From contig JAXGRQ010000003.1 of assembly GCA_040765725.1 (NCBI GenBank), positions 11,409-75,408 of the forward strand: a stretch of 64,000 nt of DNA. Direction: 5' to 3'. Made by a program: the position numbers and the translations under genes. Positions 9,976-19,283 of the stretch are shown one piece after another (the first letter of the stretch is position 1; each line of letters opens with the position of its first letter). The notes below the pieces were generated by a model. That model had not been told where the DNA came from, did no database searches, and was given only the letters and a program-made list of their open reading frames with translations. The DNA comes from Syntrophales bacterium (GTDB lineage: Bacteria > Desulfobacterota > Syntrophia > Syntrophales > UBA5619).

Positions 9976-11073
9976 CTATTGTTTCTTCCCAAAATAATTG
10001 CGGACAAAACGAACGAAGCGTTCGTTTTCCTCATCCAAGCCGGGTGTCACCCGGAAATAGCCGTCCTTTCCGTGGATCGGTTTGATGCTCTTGAGGAAAA
10101 TATGCTCCATTTCCAGTCCTGCCGCCAGGATCTCTGCGGTAGTCTTGCCGGTCATCGTGGCGTCGATGAGCATGTAGTTGCCGTGAGCCGGGAAGGGCTT
10201 CAGGCCTGCCTGAAACAATTCTCTGGTAAAAATATCCATCCAGCGATTGTTATGCCTGACCTTTGCCTGAACCTCTTCCGGGTTGTCCAGGATGGCCTCC
10301 GCCGCCGCCATGGACATCAGGCTCACGTTCCAGGGCAAAAACATGGCTTTGAATGCCTTGACCATCTCTTCCGTCCCCACGATGTACCCGAAGCGGATTC
10401 CGGCAAATCCGTAAGCCTTGGAAAAGGTGTGGGACAGGAAAACCTGGGGGTACTTCTTGATCAGGAAGTCTTTGGATGGCATCTCGGGATGGTAGTCCAG
10501 ATAAGCCTCGTCTATGCAAAGCGGGATGCCCGTCTCGCAGAAACGGATCAGGTCCTTGTCGTCGATGAAGATGCCTGTCGGGTTGTTGGGGTTGATCACA
10601 AGAATCAGCTTGGTCTTGGGGGTGATCGCTTTGAGCATGGCATCCGTATCGTACTGCAAATCCTCCTTGCGCAACGGAACGGAAACCACCTTTCCCCCGG
10701 CCAGCTCCGCGCGAGGCGGGAAAAGCTCGAAGGTGGGCGTGGAGACGATGAACTCATCGCCGGGCTGGAGAAAAATCCGCATCATGCAATCGATGATCTC
10801 CGAGGATCCGTTGCAAAGGCCGATATTTTCCGGCCCGAGATTGTGAAGTTTTCCCAGCCGGGTCCTCAATCGTAGCATACTGTCCGGATAGCGGTTTCCT
10901 TTGGAGAGGATGTCGGTGACCGCCTTGATCACCTTATCGGAAGGAGGAAGAGGATTTTCATTGAGCATCAGGCGGCCGTAATCCGGTTTCGCCCAGGCCT
11001 TGTCGAGTATGGCCGTGTTGTATTCTCTTGCGGTGAGCAACCAGGGGACAAACCACTCCTTAAGGGGTTTCAT
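9976..11073 (-). CDS. Class I/II PLP aminotransferase, HisC/CobD-like
   Basis: 365 aa. NENPLPP, INPNNPTG and PLP-lysine context SHTFSKAYGFAGIRFGY. Confidence 0.8.
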   Translation of the reverse strand: MKPLKEWFVPWLLTAREYNTAILDKAWAKPDYGRLMLNENPLPPSDKVIKAVTDILSKGNRYPDSMLRLRTRLGKLHNLGPENIGLCNGSSEIIDCMMRIFLQPGDEFIVSTPTFELFPPRAELAGGKVVSVPLRKEDLQYDTDAMLKAITPKTKLILVINPNNPTGIFIDDKDLIRFCETGIPLCIDEAYLDYHPEMPSKDFLIKKYPQVFLSHTFSKAYGFAGIRFGYIVGTEEMVKAFKAMFLPWNVSLMSMAAAEAILDNPEEVQAKVRHNNRWMDIFTRELFQAGLKPFPAHGNYMLIDATMTGKTTAEILAAGLEMEHIFLKSIKPIHGKDGYFRVTPGLDEENERFVRFVRNYFGKKQ

Positions 11074-11103
11074 ATCGTTGATCTCCTTTCATGTGTGTTG
11101 TTG

Positions 11104-12303
11104 TCATTTCTCGTCGAGGCATTTCCCGGCGAACGCAACCATATCATCCGTCGCCTTACCGAACTGCTCCGCCGTCCGGATCAGCGAGGGATGCGAGTTG
11201 TACTCTTCCCGCGTGTAACCGTCTTCGGCGTAGGCCTTTTCAAAATAGGGCACCCGCAACAGCTTCTCCAAAGTCTCCTTTGGAATCTCCCGATCGATCC
11301 GCCCTTTTTCGAGGACGATGTTTTCCTGGCCCGGGAAGTGGATCACCTCGTCAATGAAGGTCGGTGGACAGGTCACCACAATATCGGCGCCCGCCTTTTC
11401 TTCCAGGTGCCATAGCTTCAAAACACCATTCACTTTTGGTCCTACCCTCAGCGAACAGGAGAGAAGCTTGCTTGGATATTTTCTCTCCTTGATCAGCCGA
11501 TAGGCCTTCTTGAAGATGGCCAATTCCGCGAGCCGCACCTCCCCTTCGGTCAGTTCGATTCCTTTCTCTTTTGCAAAATCACGCAATCCTCCGAGGTCGC
11601 CGTATCGGGCCTCCATGTGGGTAATGACGGATCGCCAGCGTGAAAGATCCACCTTGTTCGCCTTGGCTTTTTCCAGTCCTCTCTGGACGGACTTGGCGCA
11701 GTCCAACAATTGCGGCAGAACGAAAGTCAGCGTGTTGTTGGTCGCTATTCCCCTGGAGGTCAGGATCTCGATGACCTCATAGCCTGCCTTGGTCCCCGGC
11801 ACCTTGATCATGACATTCGGATTGATGGACGCCAGATCCTCGGCCTGCCTGAGCATGACGTCCCGGTCATGGCACTTGCGCGGGTCGACCTGTCCGGAAA
11901 GATAACCCTCCCGGTAGCCGCTTTTCTCGAAGAGAGGCAAAAACATCGAGGATCCCCGTCGGACAATCTCCTTGTAGAGAAGCCAAAAGAGCGATTCTCT
12001 GTCCATTCCGGGATTCTCTTGGATCATCCCCTGAACGATTTTCTTCCAGTATGGTTCGTCGTCCTTGATTGCCTGGAGGGAAAGGGAGGGGTTTGTCGTA
12101 ACACCACGGAAGAGCCATTTCTCCGGATTTTTTCCATCGTACATCCGTGTGAATTGACGTTTGAGTGTTTCCTGTTCCGCCTCTTGCGTTTTCATCAGAA
12201 GCTTGCGGCACCAGTTTTCGAAGATCACCGGTGAAGAATCCCACCAGATCTCCATTCCGGGACTGACCTGAACCAGTTTCTCCAAAAGGTTATTTTCGTT
12301 CAT
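11104..12303 (-). CDS. Transaldolase-family (class I aldolase) protein, long 399-aa form
   Basis: VTTNPSLSL motif and Schiff-base lysine context VMIKVPGTKAGYEVIEILTSRGIATNNTLTF. Confidence 0.75.
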   Translation of the reverse strand: MNENNLLEKLVQVSPGMEIWWDSSPVIFENWCRKLLMKTQEAEQETLKRQFTRMYDGKNPEKWLFRGVTTNPSLSLQAIKDDEPYWKKIVQGMIQENPGMDRESLFWLLYKEIVRRGSSMFLPLFEKSGYREGYLSGQVDPRKCHDRDVMLRQAEDLASINPNVMIKVPGTKAGYEVIEILTSRGIATNNTLTFVLPQLLDCAKSVQRGLEKAKANKVDLSRWRSVITHMEARYGDLGGLRDFAKEKGIELTEGEVRLAELAIFKKAYRLIKERKYPSKLLSCSLRVGPKVNGVLKLWHLEEKAGADIVVTCPPTFIDEVIHFPGQENIVLEKGRIDREIPKETLEKLLRVPYFEKAYAEDGYTREEYNSHPSLIRTAEQFGKATDDMVAFAGKCLDEK

Positions 12304-12344
12304 TTTTCCCCCTTTTCACCTCCATTCGTATTTAAATGTTTAGA

Positions 12345-12354
12345 TGTATATACA
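12345..12354. promoter_or_regulatory. Perfect 10-bp palindrome TGTATATACA, candidate GntR/HutC operator
   Basis: Lies in the 73-nt gap between the GntR stop (12377) and the transaldolase start (12303). GT-N-AC core is typical of GntR-family operators. Confidence 0.35.
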
Positions 12355-12376
12355 ACATGTCTTTCTGTTATGCAAA

Positions 12377-13147
12377 TCATTCATGATGAATTCGATCCTC
12401 TTCGATATGGTAGCGCCCGAGCTCGATTTCAAAAACATATTTGTCCCCACGATAGTAGGAATGCAAAAGCTCGACGGGGACATTATTTTCATCGTAGGTC
12501 AGGCTTTCCATGAAAAAAGCGGCCGTATTCTCCGGCACGTCGAGATAAGACGCGATACGGCCTTTCAAGTTCACAGCGCGAATTTTCTGGTCCGACCTTG
12601 CCAAGGTCACGTTGAAGCGCTCATGGATGATCTGGTACATCGAACCGGTCAGGTCCATCTCCAAAATCTCGCGGAACATGGAACCGGGGAGAAAGCTCTC
12701 CTCGTAAATAAAGGGCACATCGTTGCCGCTCCGGATCCGACGGATCACCGCCACTTTGCCGTTCGGACTCAGGATCAACTTTTTGCCGACCTGATCGCCG
12801 GCCTCCTCCATGCTTTTTTTAACGATCCGGTTTCTTTCCTTGATTCCAAGCTCCTGCAGGTCCGCGCTGAAACTCGAAATGCTCTTGAGTTTGTGCGTGA
12901 CGGCAAGCGGCGTTTCCGCACAGACAAAGGTTCCTCGACCTTTTTCCTTTCGCAGCATTCCAGCCGCGGTCAGTTCGGCAATGGCTTGGCGAAGGGTATT
13001 TCGGTTGACTTGGCAGATCTTGGACAGTTCGACTTCCGACGGAAGCGATGCTCCCCGTTCGTATCTCCCCGACTGGATCAGTTCCCGGATCCACGCGCTG
13101 ATCTGCAGATATTTGGGTATCGGGTTGTCCGGATCGATGACGTTCAT
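12377..13147 (-). CDS. GntR-family transcriptional regulator, HutC subfamily (wHTH plus UTRA)
   Basis: N-terminal LPSEVELSKICQVNRNTLRQAIAELTAAGMLRKEKGRGTFV, with a C-terminal UTRA-like domain. Confidence 0.85.
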   Translation of the reverse strand: MNVIDPDNPIPKYLQISAWIRELIQSGRYERGASLPSEVELSKICQVNRNTLRQAIAELTAAGMLRKEKGRGTFVCAETPLAVTHKLKSISSFSADLQELGIKERNRIVKKSMEEAGDQVGKKLILSPNGKVAVIRRIRSGNDVPFIYEESFLPGSMFREILEMDLTGSMYQIIHERFNVTLARSDQKIRAVNLKGRIASYLDVPENTAAFFMESLTYDENNVPVELLHSYYRGDKYVFEIELGRYHIEEDRIHHE

Positions 13148-13163
13148 GATCGATAGACCTGTG

Positions 13164-14921
13164 TCATTTTGTACCGCTCATCCCCGAAAGCCCCGTACTG
13201 CCCGTCGTAACCCTCATAATGATCAGGAACAACGCGACAATGAGAACAACCACGGTGCACATGGCATTGGCGCTTGCCGTACGCCCGTCCACATCGAGAA
13301 AAATGATCTCGATGGCGGCCAGCTTGATCTGTGCCGAAACCAGAAACAGAACCGCGCTGATTGTGGTCATCGCCCGCATAAAAAAGAAGGTGGTCGTGGA
13401 AAGGAAGGCCACTTTGGAGAGCGGAAAGACGATCCGGGTGAAGGTGGTTACGGGTCCCGCACCGAGGCTGACCGCGGCCTCCTCGACCGACTTATCGATC
13501 TGCTTGAGGTTGGCCGTTCCGGAAAGGACACCCAGCGTAAAGTTCGCGATGACCACATTGATGATGATGATCCAGATGGTGCCGTAAATCAAAAAGTACG
13601 GCTTGTTGAAAGCCAAAACATATCCCAGCCCGAGGACGACGCCGGGAATGGCCGCCGGCAACACCGACAGCGCATAGAGAAGCTGCTCGCCGCGGGGTTT
13701 CTTTTTCTCGATGATGTAGGAGGCTACCAGTGTGATCGATGCCCCGATCGCCGCCACCACCAGGGAAACCAGAAGGCTGGTCCAAATAGGGGCGTATTTG
13801 ATGGCGATCATCTCGCGGAACGGTCCTGGTTCCAGCACGCTGTTCCAGAAAGAGGTCCAGATGGGCACGCTGGCTCCGAGAGACGGAAAATCGAAGTGCT
13901 TCAGGGTAAGCGTGAAATCGTACGGCCAGGTCTTGACAAACGATCCCAGAAAGACCGTGACAAAAACCAGCAGGATGCTCGAGCATACGAGTGCCGAGTA
14001 AATCGTGAATCCCCACTTCTTCAGCGGCCGGGAAGGTTGGATGAACGGTCGGGCCTGGCCGCTGATCATTGCATAGCTTTTTCGTGTCAGGTAGTAATTG
14101 ATCGCAAATGCGGTAATGGAGGGGACCAGCAGGATCACGCTGATCGTCGCCCCGAGGTCGAAGCGCTGCATGCCGAAGACCTTGTTGACAATCTCCGTCG
14201 CCAGAACCGAATAGTCGCCCCCGATCACGATCGGAATTCCGAAGTCTGTGATCGTCAAATTGAAACAGAGTGCCGCAGCGCTGGCAATTCCATATTTCGC
14301 CGACGGGAGCGTCACCTTGAAAAAGGTTTTCAAGGCCGATGCACCCAGGCTCTGTGCGGCTTCATCCAGCCTCGTATCCACGGCCGAAAGGGTCGTATAG
14401 AGGATGAAAAGCGCATTGGGAAAACAGTAGAGCACCTCTCCCACAATGATGCCCGTCGCGCCGTAAATATTCCAACTCGTATCCAACAGGTAACGTGTGA
14501 TCACGCCGTTGCGCCCGAAGAGCAGGATGAGCGCCAGGGCCTGGATGATGGTCGGCGCGATCAGCGGAAGTGTCGAGACCATGTAAAAGAATCCCTTGCC
14601 GGGCATGGTCGTGCGGGTTAAGCCGTAGGCGAACAGGAAGGCCAGCACCGTCGTGACGACCATCGTCACGATGGAGACATACATGCTGTTGTAAAAGGAT
14701 TTGTATATCCGGGGTTCGGAAAAAAAATCGAGATAGTTCTGCAGGGTAAAAAACCCATCCCTGATAAAGCTCAGCCGGCAGATATCGACCACCGGATAGA
14801 GCAGAAAGACCGTCAGGACAACCAACAGAAAAATCGTGATCACCCACGTGAACAGGTTGTCGGCGGTAAACCACGAGAAGAATCCTTTTCCGGAGGGTTG
14901 CACGGCGTTCATTTGGCACAC
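13164..14921 (-). CDS. ABC transporter permease, fused double-domain (paralog of 2409-4355)
   Basis: 585 aa, multi-TM, EAA loops (DEAAQSLGAS, EEAAVSLGAG). Confidence 0.85.
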   Translation of the reverse strand: MCQMNAVQPSGKGFFSWFTADNLFTWVITIFLLVVLTVFLLYPVVDICRLSFIRDGFFTLQNYLDFFSEPRIYKSFYNSMYVSIVTMVVTTVLAFLFAYGLTRTTMPGKGFFYMVSTLPLIAPTIIQALALILLFGRNGVITRYLLDTSWNIYGATGIIVGEVLYCFPNALFILYTTLSAVDTRLDEAAQSLGASALKTFFKVTLPSAKYGIASAAALCFNLTITDFGIPIVIGGDYSVLATEIVNKVFGMQRFDLGATISVILLVPSITAFAINYYLTRKSYAMISGQARPFIQPSRPLKKWGFTIYSALVCSSILLVFVTVFLGSFVKTWPYDFTLTLKHFDFPSLGASVPIWTSFWNSVLEPGPFREMIAIKYAPIWTSLLVSLVVAAIGASITLVASYIIEKKKPRGEQLLYALSVLPAAIPGVVLGLGYVLAFNKPYFLIYGTIWIIIINVVIANFTLGVLSGTANLKQIDKSVEEAAVSLGAGPVTTFTRIVFPLSKVAFLSTTTFFFMRAMTTISAVLFLVSAQIKLAAIEIIFLDVDGRTASANAMCTVVVLIVALFLIIMRVTTGSTGLSGMSGTK

Positions 14922-15994
14922 TCCTCTTCCGGAAACACCAGATAGGATTCAGGCGCGCAATAGACATAAACCCGATCACCCGTTTTCAAGGCACGCTGTT
15001 CGAAATCCTTTTCGATGATATCCGAGATGATCTCTTCTCCATTCAGACGGATCAGAAGCCTGACGGCGGCACCCTGAAACACCACCACTTCGATCTTTCC
15101 GGTAGAGAGATTCATCGGTTCGGAAACTTGCGGGATGGAGTCCCCTTTAAAAACCTCGACGTTTTCCGGACGAATCGCCAGGGAAACAGACTTTTCCCTT
15201 CCGTCGCCGTTTTGCGTCACCTTGATCTTCCTGCTGCCGATATCGACAACATCATCGGTACGGCGTCCCGAGAAAAAGTTGGAGGTCCCTACGAAATCCG
15301 CAACGAAATTACAAGTCGGGTTCTTGTAGATGTCGATCGGGCGCCCCACCTGCCTGAACTGCCCTTTTTCCATGACCACCACACGATCCGCTATGGAGAG
15401 TGCCTCTTCCTGGTCGTGTGTGACGTGGATCATCGTTTTTTTCAATTCCTGCTGCAGGCGCTTGATCTCCGCTCGCAAGCGGAGCCTGATTTTCGCATCC
15501 AGCGCGCTCAGAGGCTCATCGAGGAGCAGAACCTGGGGATCGGGAGCGAGAGCCCTCACCAAGGCGACACGCTGCTGCTGGCCTCCGCTGAGTTGTGCGG
15601 GATAGAGTTTTCGCCAGTCGGACAGACCGATCAGGTCCAGCATCTTGTCCACCCGTTCTTTGATGTCCCTTTTTGCCCATTTTCTCATCCTGAGACCGAA
15701 GGCAATGTTCTCCTCCACGGTCATATTCGGAAACAATGCGTAGGATTGAAAGACGATCCCGAACTCCCGCTTCTTGGGAAGCAGGTCGTTGATGATGCGG
15801 TCGTTGAAAATCACGTTTCCTTCCGTGACGGTTTCAAATCCGGTGATCATCCTGAGGATTGTGGTTTTCCCGCAACCGCTCGGCCCCAGAAAGCAGATGA
15901 ATTCCCCTTCCTTGATCTCCAGATTCACATGATCGACCGCGGTAAGATTCCCGTAGCGTTTTGTCAACTGCTCCAGTTTGAGGTCTCTACCCAT
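14909..15994 (-). CDS. ABC transporter ATP-binding protein (paralog of 1280-2395)
   Basis: GPSGCGKTT, LSGGQQQRVALVRAL, LLLDEPLSALD. I prefer ATG 15994 (AGAGGA RBS); the ORF-track start 16009 has no RBS. Confidence 0.88.
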   Translation of the reverse strand: MGRDLKLEQLTKRYGNLTAVDHVNLEIKEGEFICFLGPSGCGKTTILRMITGFETVTEGNVIFNDRIINDLLPKKREFGIVFQSYALFPNMTVEENIAFGLRMRKWAKRDIKERVDKMLDLIGLSDWRKLYPAQLSGGQQQRVALVRALAPDPQVLLLDEPLSALDAKIRLRLRAEIKRLQQELKKTMIHVTHDQEEALSIADRVVVMEKGQFRQVGRPIDIYKNPTCNFVADFVGTSNFFSGRRTDDVVDIGSRKIKVTQNGDGREKSVSLAIRPENVEVFKGDSIPQVSEPMNLSTGKIEVVVFQGAAVRLLIRLNGEEIISDIIEKDFEQRALKTGDRVYVYCAPESYLVFPEEECAK

Positions 15995-16050
15995 TGTCCA
16001 TCCTCTCATAGATGTTCAGTGTTCTATACAGAATCAAGGCAAATTACCAT

Positions 16051-16080
16051 TCCGGTCATCCCGCCCTTGCGGGATGACCG
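16051..16080 (-). other. 13-bp perfect intercistronic hairpin after the SBP gene
   Basis: CCGGTCATCCCGC-cctt-GCGGGATGACCGG, with no clear U-tract. Confidence 0.45.
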
Positions 16081-16091
16081 GAATTTGACCG

Positions 16092-17099
16092 TTATCTGTT
16101 GAACAGGGTTTCCCACTTCTTCTTGATGTCAGGGGCGTTTTTCGCCTGCCATGCAAAATCCATGGGATAGAGTTTGATCTCGGAGAGCTTTGGGAGATCC
16201 GGACGGGACGGAATTCCCGGCAGGGTCACACCATGTTTGAATGCCGAATAAGCCTTCATGGCGTTGTCCGTAATGGCCCAATCCAGGAATTTTTTAGCGG
16301 CATTGGGATTTTTAGCGCCTTTCATCAGAGCATTGGCCTCCACTTCATACCCGGCTCCTTCGACCGGAAATACGAATTTCACCGGGAAGCCCTGTTTGAT
16401 CAATTCAGCGACAACAAATTCAAAGGAGGCTCCGACGGCAAACTCGCCTGCTGCGGTCATCTTTGCAGGACGGGAACCGCTCTTGATGTACTGACCGATA
16501 TTCTTGTCGAGCTTCTTCAAAAATTCCCATCCGTCTTCCTTGCCTTCCTTTGCGCCGTACATCTGCAGGATGCTGGCCACCTGGAGGAAGCCCGTACCTG
16601 AGGCCACAGGGTTTGGCATGGTGACAAGACCCTTGAATTTCGGATCGAGGAGGTCGTTCCACCCCTTGGGCATTGGAAGCCCCTTCTCCTGCATCACCTT
16701 GGTATTTACGCAGAATGCGGCAATGTACATGTCGATTCCGGCATACATGAACTGGGGATGAACGAATCGTTTTTCGAGTCTCTCCACCCCCTTCGGTTTG
16801 TAAGGCACCAGAAGTCCCTTGGGAATAAACTGTTCCATTTCGGTGACGGCCCAGCCCCACACCAGGTCCGCCTGCGGGTTGTCTTTCTCCGCCAGCATGC
16901 GGGCGCCCAGTTCACCCGTGGAAAGACGGATGACATTGATTTCAAGGTCCGGCAATTCTTTTCTGGCCAATTCGAGATATTTGACCGTTTCATCCGTCTC
17001 AAGCGAGGTATAAACGGTCACCTTCTCCGCAGCCGGTGCGCTAACCGCCAGACACATGGCCATGATCAGAACGACGCACAACAAACCTGAACGCTTCAT
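16092..17099 (-). CDS. ABC transporter periplasmic substrate-binding protein (AfuA/PotD/PhnS-like)
   Basis: Signal peptide MKRSGLLCVVLIMAMCLAVSAPAA, VTVYTSLE...NPQADLVWG pattern, RBS AAGGAGG. Confidence 0.85.
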   Translation of the reverse strand: MKRSGLLCVVLIMAMCLAVSAPAAEKVTVYTSLETDETVKYLELARKELPDLEINVIRLSTGELGARMLAEKDNPQADLVWGWAVTEMEQFIPKGLLVPYKPKGVERLEKRFVHPQFMYAGIDMYIAAFCVNTKVMQEKGLPMPKGWNDLLDPKFKGLVTMPNPVASGTGFLQVASILQMYGAKEGKEDGWEFLKKLDKNIGQYIKSGSRPAKMTAAGEFAVGASFEFVVAELIKQGFPVKFVFPVEGAGYEVEANALMKGAKNPNAAKKFLDWAITDNAMKAYSAFKHGVTLPGIPSRPDLPKLSEIKLYPMDFAWQAKNAPDIKKKWETLFNR

Positions 17100-17337
17100 A
17101 CGCCAACCTCCTTTTTAAAATGGTTGTTAAGGATACGACCCTGAACGACAGCGTCACCTTAAATAACGCTTACCATCCTTCCGCTTGATCCGATGATTCG
17201 CATGAATCGTTTGCCGATACCCAGCGCGGCACGTTGATACCAGATTTATCAGACATGGTCAACAAGGATATTGACTCTCATTCTAAATTTTCTCTGAAGA
17301 AGATAAGATCGCAGCATTCGATTTCCGACATGCTTCC

Positions 17338-18198
17338 TCATACGGCGCACAGAACGGCTCGACCCGGAAGAAGTTTCATTTCAAATCTCCTGGAAACCAG
17401 TTCTCTCTGTTCGAGGATTTTATGGATTCCGTTTAAAGGAAGGAAGGTGTACCCGGATATCCGGATGTCCTGTATCAGGTGGGCAAAGGCTTCCGCACCG
17501 ATGCCGCCTTCCATTTCGGCATGAGCCGGAAGGACGTGAATGCCGCCCTCTTCGAGATCGGCGATGATTCTCCTTCCGCCTTCCTCGATTCCCGTCTCTT
17601 CAAAGCAGGGCAGATCGGAAGGAATCTCCATCAGATCCGTCCCTTCATGAACAAACGGTTTTCTCGCCCTTGTGCAGCTCAGGTAATCCAGTCCCAGATT
17701 GCTCACCAGGGAGATGACCCGGTCGTCAATGAGCCATCCCGGGGCGGCAAACGAAGTCGCTTTTTCCCCGGTCAGGGTTTCAAAACCTTCCAATCCGCGA
17801 CGGAACCAATCCCGAATCCATTGCTCCGGTTGCCCGAGCAATTCATCCTGCCATCGCCGGTGATCCCATGCGTGAAACTGAACCTCGTGTCCATCCCTCA
17901 GGATGCGGACGACAAGTTCTGGAAAAGATAATGCAATTTTGGGTGAAGGGAGCAGCGTCCCGTAAAGGGCGGTTCTAAAACCATAGAGGCTGCCCGCACG
18001 GGTCCGTATCATTTTTTTGAGAAAGGCAGGGTTTTTCAGTACCTGTATCATCGCCCTTCCCGATGAATCCGGTCCGATGCTGAGAAAAAAAGTGGCCCGA
18101 ATTCCTTCCCGTTCCAGCAGCGAAAGGAGCCTGGGAACCCCGTGCTTCATCCCCTGGTAGGTGTCGACATCGATTTTCAGCCCCAGGATTCTGGTCAT
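17338..18198 (-). CDS. arnD: 4-deoxy-4-formamido-L-arabinose-phosphoundecaprenol deformylase (polysaccharide deacetylase family)
   Basis: LGLKIDVDTYQGMKHGVPRLLSLLEREGIRATFFLSIGPD resembles the E. coli ArnD N-terminus. Located in the arn cluster. Confidence 0.8.
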   Translation of the reverse strand: MTRILGLKIDVDTYQGMKHGVPRLLSLLEREGIRATFFLSIGPDSSGRAMIQVLKNPAFLKKMIRTRAGSLYGFRTALYGTLLPSPKIALSFPELVVRILRDGHEVQFHAWDHRRWQDELLGQPEQWIRDWFRRGLEGFETLTGEKATSFAAPGWLIDDRVISLVSNLGLDYLSCTRARKPFVHEGTDLMEIPSDLPCFEETGIEEGGRRIIADLEEGGIHVLPAHAEMEGGIGAEAFAHLIQDIRISGYTFLPLNGIHKILEQRELVSRRFEMKLLPGRAVLCAV

Positions 18199-18248
18199 CC
18201 CTTTTCCTGAACGGTACAGACTCTTCGGTGCCGCAAAAGGATCATCGG

Positions 18249-19283
18249 CTATCTGCGAATGGGCGGCTCGTTCTCCTTGAGGAAGGAGTGGAGGGTCATT
18301 CGTAAAGAATCCTCCAGTCCGATGATCGGCGTCCAGTCGAGAAGGGCCTTCGCTTTTTCGATGCTGGGTTTCCGGGTATAGATGTCCTGATAGCCTTTTC
18401 CATAATAATCGCTTGCGGGAACTTCAATGATTTCCGAATAGGTATCATCCGTGCGATGATTCGGATGTTCTCTGAATATCTTCTTGAGCAGACCTGCCAG
18501 TTCCCGGATGGAACACTCGTTATCCGGATTCCCGATGTTGATAATCTGATTTTTGCATGCGTCGTTCCGGTTCTCCAGAATGCGCAGCAATGCCACAATT
18601 CCGTCGTCCACATAGGTAAAGCAACGTTTTTGTCGGCCGCCGTCCACCAGGGTGATCGGCTGCTTCATCAGCAGATCGGCGATGAACTGCGTGACCACCC
18701 TTGAACTCCCCTCCTTTGCGGCATATAGAGAGTCGAGACGAGGACCGATCCAGTTAAAGGGGCGGAACAATGTGAATTCAAGATACCCACGTGTTCCGTA
18801 TGCATAGATCACCCGGTCGAGCAGCTGCTTGCAGCAAGAGTAGATCCATCGTTCCTTTTGGATCGGTCCGACAACCAGATAGCTCTCGTCTTCCGTGAAT
18901 GCCGGATCGCTGCAGGCCCCGTACACCTCCGACGTGGAAGGGAAAACGACCCGTTTGTGATATTTGACGCACTCCTTGATGATGTTCAGATTCATTTCAA
19001 AGTCGAGATGGTAGACGCCGATCGGATCTTCCACATAGAGCTTGGGGGTGGCGATTGCCACAAGGGGAAGAACGACATCGCATTTCTTGATGTGATATTC
19101 AATCCATTCCCGATTGATGGCAATGTCCCCCTCGATGAAGTGGAACCGCGGATTCTGCAGGGTTTTCCCCAGGCGGTCGTCGGAAAGGTCCATTCCGTAA
19201 ACGGTCCAGTCCGTCTCGTTGAGCGTCCGCTGCGTCAGGTGGTGACCGATAAAACCATTTACACCCAGGATCAAGACATTCAT
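18249..19283 (-). CDS. arnA: UDP-glucuronate oxidative decarboxylase, stand-alone ArnA C-terminal domain
   Basis: [14 protein letters not shown]...[34 protein letters not shown]...FPSTSEVYG is collinear with the E. coli ArnA dehydrogenase domain. Confidence 0.85.
   Translation of the reverse strand: MNVLILGVNGFIGHHLTQRTLNETDWTVYGMDLSDDRLGKTLQNPRFHFIEGDIAINREWIEYHIKKCDVVLPLVAIATPKLYVEDPIGVYHLDFEMNLNIIKECVKYHKRVVFPSTSEVYGACSDPAFTEDESYLVVGPIQKERWIYSCCKQLLDRVIYAYGTRGYLEFTLFRPFNWIGPRLDSLYAAKEGSSRVVTQFIADLLMKQPITLVDGGRQKRCFTYVDDGIVALLRILENRNDACKNQIINIGNPDNECSIRELAGLLKKIFREHPNHRTDDTYSEIIEVPASDYYGKGYQDIYTRKPSIEKAKALLDWTPIIGLEDSLRMTLHSFLKENEPPIRR

Noticed and set aside
12810-14621. 603-aa plus-strand ORF, one of the longest in the track
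   Set aside because: It is antisense to the ABC permease gene 13164-14921. The translation is Arg/Asp/His/Gly-rich with no motifs. This is a typical shadow ORF of a GC-rich coding strand.
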